Position numbers and translations under genes: made by a program
In this document: one piece after another, positions 8,072-16,172 of the stretch
How the letters are laid out: each line of letters opens with the position of its first letter
Position numbering within the stretch: the stretch's first letter is position 1
Notes under the pieces: generated by a model
What the model saw: only the letters and a program-made list of their open reading frames with translations
What the model was told of the DNA's origin: nothing
Databases searched by the model: none
Virus record (IMG/VR): IMGVR_UViG_3300038314_000668
Location: 1 to 37,394 of that record
Source of the DNA: a virus
Lineage: Duplodnaviria > Caudoviricetes
Direction: 5' to 3' (one strand)
Length of the DNA stretch: 37,394 nt

Positions 8072-8737
8072 ATGCCAAGTAAAGGTGACATAGTTCGTGG
8101 CGCATTGGAAGGTTTGTCGGATGCTGCCCAGCGATGGGTCAATTCCATCAATGAAGATCTATTCGAATGGCCAGAATTTGTTGAAAAGGTTAAGAATCTT
8201 GACAAGGAAGCACCATTCGTATTTTCTCAATACGAGCCTAAAGTTTTAAGATCCGCTCTTGCTGAAGCTGCAGATGGTGTGGCAGATTTAGCAGTCATAA
8301 AGCCTGAAGACTTCCGCCTGCTTGCTGCTAGGAACATTGAGATGTGGATGCACGGTGGCAAAAATTTTTCCCCTGACGACCCAATAACTCAAGACATATA
8401 CAGAAAAATAGACGAATATGCTGATATGTACGAAAAGGGCATACAGTTCAATGACATTCCTTATCTTAGGGTTGATCCGACATCCGAGGGAATTGCACAG
8501 GTTGTTGGTCACGAAGGTCGCCACAGAGTTCGTGGTCAGGAAAAGATTGGCGCGGATGGCGCATTGATAAGAATACTTCGCCCAAAGGACTACAAAATTA
8601 AAGGCTCTGATGATGTTCTGTACACACAAAAAACTTCAGCAGAAGGTGGTAAAAAATACAAGCCCACAGCCGATGTCTTAAAGTTCTTGAGTCTTGGTGG
8701 CACAGCTGGTGCTCTCGGCAATTTGGTGGAAGAATAA
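8072..8737 (+). CDS. GAL-tagged protein with a ParB/Srx-like motif
   Basis: VVGHEGRHR resembles the ParB/Srx GxHR motif; N-term SKGDIVRGALEGLSD, C-term AGALGNLVEE. Confidence 0.7.
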   Translation: MPSKGDIVRGALEGLSDAAQRWVNSINEDLFEWPEFVEKVKNLDKEAPFVFSQYEPKVLRSALAEAADGVADLAVIKPEDFRLLAARNIEMWMHGGKNFSPDDPITQDIYRKIDEYADMYEKGIQFNDIPYLRVDPTSEGIAQVVGHEGRHRVRGQEKIGADGALIRILRPKDYKIKGSDDVLYTQKTSAEGGKKYKPTADVLKFLSLGGTAGALGNLVEE

Positions 8738-8773
8738 TGGGCAAAGGCAAATATGTTCGTGGCGCATTGGAAG
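8708..8773 (+). repeat. Gene-junction repeat, copy A (C-tag, TAATG, N-tag)
   Basis: GTGGAAGAATAATG and AAAGGCAAATAT.TTCGTGG.GCATTGG shared with 9433-9501; GTTCGTGGCGCATTGGAAG (8755-8773) identical to 8093-8111. Confidence 0.9.
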
Positions 8774-9468
8774 CATTGACGGATGCCTACAAGAGGACAT
8801 TTGCCCCTGAGACATATTATCATTATTCGGACAGTCCGAATATCAAAGAATTTAATCCCGAAGCAGAAGACTCTTGGGGTCAGGGGACATGGCCAGCAAG
8901 GTTCAAGGAAAGAGGCGCAACATATTTCACCAAAGACCCTAGATATGCTGAGGATATTTTTAGAGAGCAATTATTCATAAAAAATAAATCTGGCGCCATA
9001 CCATTGTCAATTAGAAAAGGGAATATCCCAACACAGTATTTTGAAGAATATCTTAAATTAAATCCTGGGGCTGCTCCATCAACATACCCAGTTAAAATAA
9101 AAACAAAAGATATATTTGATTTTCAAAATCAAAAACAAGTTGATGATCTTATAAGTGAATTGTCCCCAGACCCTGATTTAATTCGTGATGGCACATTAGA
9201 TGATGTTATTTATTTAATTCGACAGGGAAATTGGGAAGTCCTTGAAGAAGAATCAATAAGAAAAATTTTAAAAGACAAAGGATATCGTGGATATAGAACT
9301 AACGAGCAAGGAACAGTTGGCCTTTACTATCCGGACGAAGGTGATGTTCGCTCTGTTCATGCCAAGTTCGATCCAAAGAAATGGAGATCGGGAAACATCC
9401 TTGCCTCAGTCCCAGCTGGCGCATTGGCGACAGGCGCACTCGGAAATTTGGCTGATGTGGAAGAATAA
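8737..9468 (+). CDS. GAL-tagged ADP-ribosyltransferase-like (ART-PolyVal-like) protein
   Basis: Motif order YYH..EF..GATYFT..YA..YPVKI..GYRG..YP..VRSVHAKFDP matches my recollection of ART-PolyVal domains; N-term GKGKYVRGALEALTD, C-term TGALGNLADVEE. Confidence 0.7.
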   Translation: MGKGKYVRGALEALTDAYKRTFAPETYYHYSDSPNIKEFNPEAEDSWGQGTWPARFKERGATYFTKDPRYAEDIFREQLFIKNKSGAIPLSIRKGNIPTQYFEEYLKLNPGAAPSTYPVKIKTKDIFDFQNQKQVDDLISELSPDPDLIRDGTLDDVIYLIRQGNWEVLEEESIRKILKDKGYRGYRTNEQGTVGLYYPDEGDVRSVHAKFDPKKWRSGNILASVPAGALATGALGNLADVEE

Positions 9469-9501
9469 TGAGTAAAGGCAAATATATTCGTGGTGCATTG
9501 G
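9433..9501 (+). repeat. Gene-junction repeat, copy B
   Basis: Near-identical to 8708-8770 apart from a 6-nt indel and scattered substitutions. Confidence 0.9.
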
Positions 9502-9926
9502 GCGCGATAATAAATGCCTCTGATTTATTCAAAGCAAAGACTGAGGCTGATGCGCAAAAGTCTATGAGAGAAACGCAAAAATTCATGGGAGCAAGCGACG
9601 AGTATCTTGATTCAATAGGTAAAGGAGTTCGTTTCCAGGAGAAGCCAAGTTATTGGGAGGATATTGATAAGAGCATCTCCTCTTCCCAATTGAATGATTT
9701 GGAACAGGTTCTTGGAAAAAAATTGAACACGTATGATATTAATTCAGTTCTTGAAGATCCAAATCGGCCATTATCAAACTTGATGCGTGACAACTTGAAA
9801 GAAGAAGATCAGATAAAGGGTTCTTCTTTTATAGTTTGGGACCCAGACAGTCAATCTCGCTATCTTGTAAATACAAGCGGAGCAGACTCATATGTACGGA
9901 TGTGGACTGGCATTGATTATGATTGA
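9468..9926 (+). CDS. GAL-tagged hypothetical protein (152 aa)
   Basis: TAATG-coupled; N-term MSKGKYIRGALGAI; no C-terminal tag. Confidence 0.8.
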   Translation: MSKGKYIRGALGAIINASDLFKAKTEADAQKSMRETQKFMGASDEYLDSIGKGVRFQEKPSYWEDIDKSISSSQLNDLEQVLGKKLNTYDINSVLEDPNRPLSNLMRDNLKEEDQIKGSSFIVWDPDSQSRYLVNTSGADSYVRMWTGIDYD

Positions 9927-9938
9927 GGATAGAAACTG

Positions 9939-10130
9939 ATGGCCAGAGCTAAAATCAAAAAAGTCGCTGCTGCAGAGATCCGAGCTGCCAAGAGTTTTCT
10001 CAAGCGTCGTGGTTTTACAACCAAGGATATCTCTCCGCGTAAATTTGCCCAAGCAGCCAAGGAGCTTGATAAATCATTCATCGAGACGTTGCAAATTCTC
10101 GCACAAGAAATTGAAGGTGGTCAAGGATAA
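9939..10130 (+). CDS. Small basic helical protein (63 aa)
   Basis: GAGGA RBS; K/R/A-rich N-terminal half. Confidence 0.75.
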   Translation: MARAKIKKVAAAEIRAAKSFLKRRGFTTKDISPRKFAQAAKELDKSFIETLQILAQEIEGGQG

Positions 10131-10600
10131 TGGATTTATCTCAATTCATGAATAATTTAAAATTCAAGATGAGTCTTGGGGGATCTGGAATTGTAGAAGG
10201 AGCCTCAGAAGGAGGAGTCAAAAGTCAAAGCTCAAATATTGGCGGAAAGGTCGGCTTGGGCATTGATACAGGTGGCGAGTCAAATCTAGATATTAGTGCC
10301 AGTGGTGGCTATGAAACTGGTGATGTAAGTTTTCCTGGTGCTCTTCAGAGACTTTACAATTTGCCACCAAAGATTAAATTTGGGACACGTGGTGTTCTTG
10401 GTGGGATAAACGAAGTTGAAGGAGTGTGGCGTGGCCCCGGAGGGGCATATGTAAGAGGAAAATTCAACCCGCAAACTGATGATGCGGAGGCTGGCATTGG
10501 TATTCAAATACCATTGGGTGGCCAAAATAAACAGAACCCACTTTGGAAAATTTGGAATTGGCCAAGATATGGCCCCAATAGATACACAATGCCAAGATGA
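10130..10600 (+). CDS. Gly-rich, beta-strand-patterned hypothetical protein
   Basis: TAATG-coupled; alternating strands GGKVGLGI, LDISASGGYE, AYVRGKF, AEAGIGIQIPL. Confidence 0.7.
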   Translation: MDLSQFMNNLKFKMSLGGSGIVEGASEGGVKSQSSNIGGKVGLGIDTGGESNLDISASGGYETGDVSFPGALQRLYNLPPKIKFGTRGVLGGINEVEGVWRGPGGAYVRGKFNPQTDDAEAGIGIQIPLGGQNKQNPLWKIWNWPRYGPNRYTMPR

Positions 10601-10606
10601 TAGATT

Positions 10607-12526
10607 ATGAGTAAAGGCGAATTAATTAGTGGGGCATTGACCCACCTGACAGATCTTTTCGGGAGCTTCTTTTCACCAGCTCAAAAAGGAGCAGATAAGC
10701 TGGTGCAGAGAAGAGGAAGAGCTGAGCAAATGAAGGAGCAATTAATAAAAGGTGGTGGCTCTGGTACAAAGTCTGAACTTGAATGGATCGGTTTTGATGA
10801 TTGGCTAAAGGACAATCCTAATCCTACAAAATCACAGATTCAAAACTTTATTAACGAAAATAAATTTAAACTGACGGAGCAGTTTCGCACCTACGATCCG
10901 GCCGAGCAAATGCTTGGCAAAGAAGGAAGAGTGCGTGATCTCACAACACCTTCCATTAAACGAGCTGAACTCTACAAAGATTTTATAATTAATGCATCAA
11001 GAGATAAATATCTATGGGATAAAATATTCAACAGTCCGGGTGTTGATCCCATAAACCGTCGAGAATTTGACAGCTTTACTTCTGATGCTGACAGACTTGA
11101 TTATATTAAGCGAACCGAAACTGACATTAGCAACAGAACAGGAGAAAGAACTTCACATATTATAGATGATTCCATACGTTATCCAGGTTACAATGTTCCA
11201 TCTCCAGTATTTCCTTTATTTGGCCATCCGGAATATGGAAAAATTGCAGGGCATCTTCTCGGTCCTCAAACAAGGCTTGATCCGGGACATTTTGTTCCCG
11301 GTAGAGTTAGCCCAGCACAACTTGTTGAAAACTATCGTCAACAAGTTATAGACGCAACCCCTCGTTATGCTCACTGGGAGAGCCATTCTCTTCCTGGTGG
11401 TACAAATAAGAGAGAAATTACTTGGTCAATCCCTCATTCTTATGCTGGTAAATTCATGGATCCATCCAGTCATTTTGATTCTATCAAAGAAGGAGAAAGT
11501 TTGTTTGGCTGGGTTCGTTTGGCAGACCATGTTACTGCTGATGGCAAAAGAGTTCTACTTATTGATGAGATGCAAAGTCCTTGGCTCCAACTTGGACAAA
11601 AGCATGGTTTTGCAATGGACCCAGCCAAGAGATTGAGAGAAATAGAGGACGAAATTCCAAAGGCCACTGAAATTCTTGAAAAAAATCACAATAAGGCTAG
11701 GCAAGAAATTTATAACAAGAACATTTATGATTACTCGTATGATTACTCGCAATTGCATAAACCTTTAGAATTTGAAGTTGGATTTGGCTCAGATAATTTT
11801 GAAGCACATGTTGCTTCTAAGTTCCAGGAGCTGCTTTTGGAAACTTATTCGTCATTGGATCTGGATTCGACAAATAAGGCTCTGAGGAAAGTATTGGATG
11901 AGCTTACTGCCATTGATGAAAATTTCCCCAGAAAAAGTTTCAGAGACCTTTTCGATTTTGTGAGAAACATGGATGTATTTCGCGAGGCTCGAAAGGCCAA
12001 TACAAAAATTAATAATTTATATCTTGAAAAAACAAAGGTAAGCAGCCTCTCGAGAGATGAGCTTTATGAACCATCACGCCAGAGTCAGTTGTTGCCTGAT
12101 GCTCCTATGAAAAATACTTGGCACAAAGTAATGTTTAATCGTGTCTTGGGGTTGGCTGCTGAAGGTAATTATGATATGGTAGCTTGGACACCGTCAGGTA
12201 TTCAAATTGATCGTGCAAATCCTGAAACAGCTAAAGGAATGATCCGGTTTTATGATCAGGCATTGCCAAATGCTGCACGACAATCCTTAAGAAAATTTGA
12301 TAAAAAGGCTACTGTTACAAATATTGACCTTAAAATTCCTGAAAGCCAGCAGAAGCAATGGCAGATAGAATCGGATACCCAGCCAGTACGGGGCATGGAA
12401 ATTTCACCAGCAGCAAAGGGCAAGATCTTTAAACAAGGATATCCATCCTTTGCCTCAGGTGTTCCTATTGCTGCTGGCAGTGCAGGTGCTCTTGGAAGTT
12501 TGGTTGGGGAGGATATAGGTTTATGA
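10607..12526 (+). CDS. GAL-tagged large protein with a polyvalent-protein-type (LPGG...ExQS...PDAP...FYD) domain
   Basis: KSELEW, SLPGGTNKRE, RVLLIDEMQSPWLQ, PDAPMKNTW, NYDMVAW, GMIRFYD motifs, recalled from large phage virion proteins; N-term MSKGELISGALTHLTD, C-term AGALGSLVGED. Confidence 0.75.
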   Translation: MSKGELISGALTHLTDLFGSFFSPAQKGADKLVQRRGRAEQMKEQLIKGGGSGTKSELEWIGFDDWLKDNPNPTKSQIQNFINENKFKLTEQFRTYDPAEQMLGKEGRVRDLTTPSIKRAELYKDFIINASRDKYLWDKIFNSPGVDPINRREFDSFTSDADRLDYIKRTETDISNRTGERTSHIIDDSIRYPGYNVPSPVFPLFGHPEYGKIAGHLLGPQTRLDPGHFVPGRVSPAQLVENYRQQVIDATPRYAHWESHSLPGGTNKREITWSIPHSYAGKFMDPSSHFDSIKEGESLFGWVRLADHVTADGKRVLLIDEMQSPWLQLGQKHGFAMDPAKRLREIEDEIPKATEILEKNHNKARQEIYNKNIYDYSYDYSQLHKPLEFEVGFGSDNFEAHVASKFQELLLETYSSLDLDSTNKALRKVLDELTAIDENFPRKSFRDLFDFVRNMDVFREARKANTKINNLYLEKTKVSSLSRDELYEPSRQSQLLPDAPMKNTWHKVMFNRVLGLAAEGNYDMVAWTPSGIQIDRANPETAKGMIRFYDQALPNAARQSLRKFDKKATVTNIDLKIPESQQKQWQIESDTQPVRGMEISPAAKGKIFKQGYPSFASGVPIAAGSAGALGSLVGEDIGL

Positions 12527-12630
12527 ACAGAGCAGGATTTGGTAAACTTTTAAAACCGGGCAACAAAAGGAGAAAGGCAAAAAAGAAAACAATTAAACGT
12601 AAATCGAGAGTTAGCAATGGCAGAAAATAG
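12523..12630 (+). CDS. Basic 35-aa peptide whose N-terminus resembles the MCP N-terminus
   Basis: MNRAGFGKLLKPGNKRRKAKKKTIKRKSRVSNGRK; ATGA overlap with the upstream stop; GGAGGA upstream. Confidence 0.7.
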   Translation: MNRAGFGKLLKPGNKRRKAKKKTIKRKSRVSNGRK

Positions 12631-12763
12631 AAAAGATGTTGTTGTTAATGTAACTGGCGTTTCAATATCAACTGTTATTAAACTGGAGAAAGATGACAAC
12701 CAAAGAAGTCCTTCAGAGGATAAAGCTGGAGCTTCAAAACAGGAAAAGCCAGCTAGCGAGTGA
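12617..12763 (+). CDS. Possible small protein (48 aa)
   Basis: MAENRKDVVVNVTGVSISTVIKLEK...; GAGAG upstream; fills a gap but overlaps the next ORF by 71 nt. Confidence 0.4.
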   Translation: MAENRKDVVVNVTGVSISTVIKLEKDDNQRSPSEDKAGASKQEKPASE

Positions 12764-12890
12764 TATGGTTGATGGTCAATTATCTGATTTCAGCCATTAT
12801 CAAAAGAGCGTCGGAATTGCTGATGGTTTAATGGAAGCTAATGCAATTGTCGATGGAATTATTGAAAAAATGGAAAGCGAGGATGAATAA
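12693..12890 (+). CDS. Small helical protein upstream of GroES
   Basis: GGAG RBS; YQKSVGIADGL pattern; position just before cpn10. Confidence 0.8.
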   Translation: MTTKEVLQRIKLELQNRKSQLASDMVDGQLSDFSHYQKSVGIADGLMEANAIVDGIIEKMESEDE

Positions 12891-12892
12891 TC

Positions 12893-13240
12893 ATGTCTCA
12901 TCAACATGTTCCCCAGCCTGTCGGCTGGAAAGTTTTAGTGAAACCAGTAGAACCAAAAACACAAACGGAAGGTGGTGTTTATCTTCCTACACAAGCTGTC
13001 GATGCAGAGGAATATTTGACAGCTCACGGTCACATTGTAGCTATGGGTGAAATGGCTTATCACGAAAGGGAAAGTGGTAGAGCTTGGAAAGGAAATTGGC
13101 CAAAAGTTGATGACCATGTCACTTTTGGTAAATATGCCGGACAAAAAGTCACTGTTGATAATGAGAGATTCTTATTACTCAATGATGATGAAATAACTTC
13201 AATTTTGCCAAATGGTTGTGAGGTGACAAGTCATGTCTGA
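12893..13240 (+). CDS. groES: Co-chaperonin GroES (Cpn10) homologue
   Basis: PVGWKVLVKP, KTQTEGGVYLP mobile loop, VTFGKYAG, LLNDDEI. Confidence 0.92.
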   Translation: MSHQHVPQPVGWKVLVKPVEPKTQTEGGVYLPTQAVDAEEYLTAHGHIVAMGEMAYHERESGRAWKGNWPKVDDHVTFGKYAGQKVTVDNERFLLLNDDEITSILPNGCEVTSHV

Positions 13241-14156
13241 TGAAAGAAGTTTAGAGGATCAACAGAAGGATCTTGAGGAGCAAATTGCGAATGCTCCATT
13301 GGAAATTGAAATAACAGAGGAAGTTCCTGAGGCCCAAGCTGATGAAGAATCCGATAATAAAGAAGTTGAAGAAGCCAAACAAGTTGAAGACGACAAAGAA
13401 TTTAGCAAACGGGTTCAAAAAAGGATCAGCACTCTCGTTCAACAACGTAACAAAGCTGAACAGGAGCGTGATCAAGCATCATCTGAATTAAATTCATTCA
13501 AAGTTCGTTTGGATCGTTTGGAGCAAGGCAATAGCCAACAGATTCAGAATGATTTTAATTCACGCTATGAGCAAACACGTGTTCATCTTCAAAATGCAAT
13601 TGAAGAAGGTGACACCCAGTCGCAAGTTGCGCTTCAAGAACAACTTGCCGATATGCGTGCAGCAATGCGTGTTGCCGAAATGCAACGTCGAAGTGTATCC
13701 CAACAGCAAATTTCTCCAACTGTTGGTCGTGCAGCGCAAACCTATGAAGAGCCAACACCTGTAAAGGCCATTGATTGGTGGCAACAGAATCGTTGGTTTA
13801 ATTCTGATGGTTATGAAAGAGAAACCGCAGCTGCAAGAGCCATTGATGTCCAGCTTGATCTTGAGGGACATGATAAAAATTCTGATGCTTATTACGAGGC
13901 TCTTAATAATAGGCTAAAAAATATGTTTCCAGATTTAATTTCTGGAGGTAAAGTGCAAAATACAACTGAAAGGCCAAGGGCAAAAAGTAGATCTCCAGTT
14001 GCACCAACTACAGGTGGCCCTAGTCGGAAAGGGAATAGAGTTAAAATGACCAAGGATCAATTGCAAATGGCTCGTGAACTTGGAATTACTGATGAAAAGG
14101 CACTAAAAGCCTATGAAGCAGAAATCCAAGCAACACAGGAGGCAAACAATGCCTGA
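13233..14156 (+). CDS. Putative capsid scaffolding protein
   Basis: Acidic N-terminus, coiled coil (FSKRVQKRISTL), WWQQNRWF, C-terminal helical hairpin (MTKDQLQMARELGI); upstream of MCP. Confidence 0.7.
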   Translation: MSDERSLEDQQKDLEEQIANAPLEIEITEEVPEAQADEESDNKEVEEAKQVEDDKEFSKRVQKRISTLVQQRNKAEQERDQASSELNSFKVRLDRLEQGNSQQIQNDFNSRYEQTRVHLQNAIEEGDTQSQVALQEQLADMRAAMRVAEMQRRSVSQQQISPTVGRAAQTYEEPTPVKAIDWWQQNRWFNSDGYERETAAARAIDVQLDLEGHDKNSDAYYEALNNRLKNMFPDLISGGKVQNTTERPRAKSRSPVAPTTGGPSRKGNRVKMTKDQLQMARELGITDEKALKAYEAEIQATQEANNA

Positions 14157-14634
14157 GAAACGCAATGTCCGAGCAAATGAGACTCGTTCCAACCCTCGTG
14201 AGCAAGAAACTCGCGCAAAAACTTCATGGCAACCTGCATCTGTGCTGGATGCTCCTCCACCTCGACCAGGAATGGTGCAAAGATGGGTTGCGACCTCGAT
14301 TCTGGGGAAAGAAACACCCGACAATGTCTATAAACGACAACGTGAGGGGTGGAATCCGCGTGATGCGGGAACTGTGGGTGATTTTGCTATACCAACGATC
14401 AACCACGGTCAGTGGTCAGGCTGTATTGGTGTTGAAGGTATGATTCTTTGTGAAATGCCAGAAGATATGCATCGGCAGATGAAAGATTATTATGCAGGCA
14501 AATCACAAGAGTTAAATGACGCTGTTGATACTGATCTCCGGAATGCTGAGAGGGCAGGAGGAATTCCAATCAATGCTGAGAGGAATTCAAGTGTGAGTCG
14601 TGGCAGGAGAGAAGTTCCTGTCATGGAAGATTAA
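14149..14634 (+). CDS. Head-module protein of unknown function
   Basis: AGGAGG RBS before ATG 14149; WQPASVLDAP, RWV, REGW motifs. Confidence 0.75.
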   Translation: MPEKRNVRANETRSNPREQETRAKTSWQPASVLDAPPPRPGMVQRWVATSILGKETPDNVYKRQREGWNPRDAGTVGDFAIPTINHGQWSGCIGVEGMILCEMPEDMHRQMKDYYAGKSQELNDAVDTDLRNAERAGGIPINAERNSSVSRGRREVPVMED

Positions 14635-14656
14635 TTTTTAACTTAGCGAGGTAAGA

Positions 14657-15211
14657 ATGGCAAATGCAGATGCAGCCTTTGGCTTTGTCCCTGTTCGTCA
14701 CCTTTCCGGCTCAGGTTCTGTAAGGACCAACAAATACACAATCGTGAGTGGTTTGGCAGAAAACATCTTTAATGGAGATCTTTGCATTATTGATGCCAAT
14801 GGCCAAGTAACACCTCATACTGCTACTGAGGTAAACAATATTGGTGTATTTGGTGGTGTTTCTTACACTGCGTCGGATGGCTCTTATGTCTATAAAGAGT
14901 ATTGGCCATCAGGAACATCAGCCACAGATATCATAGCCTATATATATGATGATCCGTTCATTATATATAAGGTTCAATCGGCAGGTACTCCCGCCCAGAC
15001 TAATATTGGCAACTGTGCTGATGTTGTTGCTGGAGCAGGATCAACCACCACAGGCCAATCAGGCTTCGAAATATCTGGCACAATGGCGGCAGGAACCGCA
15101 ACGTGCAAGATAGTGGCTCTTTGGGATTCCCCAGAGAACTCTTTCGCAGCTAATGCTGTTATGGAGGTTCTTATTAATGAGCACCTCTATAAAGACAGCG
15201 CAGGCATTTAG
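14657..15211 (+). CDS. Putative capsid decoration/cement protein
   Basis: GAGGT RBS; MANADAAFGFVP, DDP, TTGQSG, INEH; directly before MCP. Confidence 0.7.
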   Translation: MANADAAFGFVPVRHLSGSGSVRTNKYTIVSGLAENIFNGDLCIIDANGQVTPHTATEVNNIGVFGGVSYTASDGSYVYKEYWPSGTSATDIIAYIYDDPFIIYKVQSAGTPAQTNIGNCADVVAGAGSTTTGQSGFEISGTMAAGTATCKIVALWDSPENSFAANAVMEVLINEHLYKDSAGI

Positions 15212-15224
15212 GAGGGCTTAAGAA

Positions 15225-16130
15225 ATGGCAATGCACAGAGCACAATTTGCTAAAATGCTCGAGCCAGGACTTAACACCCTGTTTGGCCTCGAGTACGACC
15301 AATACCCTGAAGAGTATAAGCCAGTCTTTGCGGCGAATACTTCTTCAAGAGCATATGAAGAAGATGTCCTGTTGGAAGGATTCGGAAATGCTCCAGTCAA
15401 GACAGAAGGTGCTGCAGTTAGTTATGATGAAGCTACCCAGCAATGGACAGCTCGTTATCAGCACGAAACTGTTGCGCTTGCTTTCTCGATTACGGAAGAA
15501 GCGGAAGAAGATGGCCAATATGGCTCTCTGGCTGCACGTTATACGAAAGCATTAGCTCGCTCAATGGCTTCCACAAAGGAAATCAAGGCAGCTAACATTT
15601 TCAATAACGCCACCTCTAGTAGTTATACTGGTGGTGATTCAGTCGCTCTTTTGAGCACTTCACACCCAACGCGAAATGGCAACCAATCAAATACGTTGTC
15701 AACAGCGGCAGATCTTTCAGAAACTTCTCTTGAGTCGATTCTGATTGACATATCTAATATGAAGGATGACCGAGGATTGCGTGTTGCGGCACAAGGCACT
15801 CGTCTCATCATTCCTACAGCATATGTCTTTACTGCTGAGAGGCTTCTTGAGTCTCAACTTCGCTCCGGGACTGCCGATAACGACATTAACGCGATTCGCT
15901 CTGGCGGTTATCTACCGCAGGGCTATCACGTTATGCGTCGTATTTCTGATTCGGATCGCTGGTTTATCCAAACGGATGTTCCGGATGGATTAAAAATGTT
16001 CCAGCGCTCTGCGATGAAAAAAGGCATGGAAGGCGATTTCGAAACTGGAAATGTTCGCTATAAAGTTCGTGAACGATATTCGTTCGGTTGGACTGATTGG
16101 CGTGGTGTTTTCGGTTCTGAAGGCGCATAA
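15225..16130 (+). CDS. Major capsid protein (Mu gpT-like, HK97 fold)
   Basis: AGGAGG RBS; LEPGLNTLFGLEY, ITEEAEED, DLSETSLE, GDFETGNVRYKVRERYSFGW; followed by a strong terminator. Confidence 0.92.
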   Translation: MAMHRAQFAKMLEPGLNTLFGLEYDQYPEEYKPVFAANTSSRAYEEDVLLEGFGNAPVKTEGAAVSYDEATQQWTARYQHETVALAFSITEEAEEDGQYGSLAARYTKALARSMASTKEIKAANIFNNATSSSYTGGDSVALLSTSHPTRNGNQSNTLSTAADLSETSLESILIDISNMKDDRGLRVAAQGTRLIIPTAYVFTAERLLESQLRSGTADNDINAIRSGGYLPQGYHVMRRISDSDRWFIQTDVPDGLKMFQRSAMKKGMEGDFETGNVRYKVRERYSFGWTDWRGVFGSEGA

Positions 16131-16138
16131 AAAGGATA

Positions 16139-16171
16139 GGAGCCACCAAATTTTGGTGGCTCCGCTCTTTT
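16139..16171 (+). terminator. Rho-independent terminator after MCP
   Basis: GGAGCCACCAAA/TTTGGTGGCTCC inverted repeat followed by GCTCTTTT. Confidence 0.8.
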
Positions 16172-16172
16172 G

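Noticed and set aside
7685-8105. Minus-strand ORFs with CLCLCL / VLVLVL runs
   Set aside because: Shadow translations of the (GCACAA)7 repeat
8708-9501. Junction repeats as CRISPR repeats or integron attC sites
   Set aside because: They are protein-coding, non-palindromic and separated by whole genes; no cas or integrase gene seen
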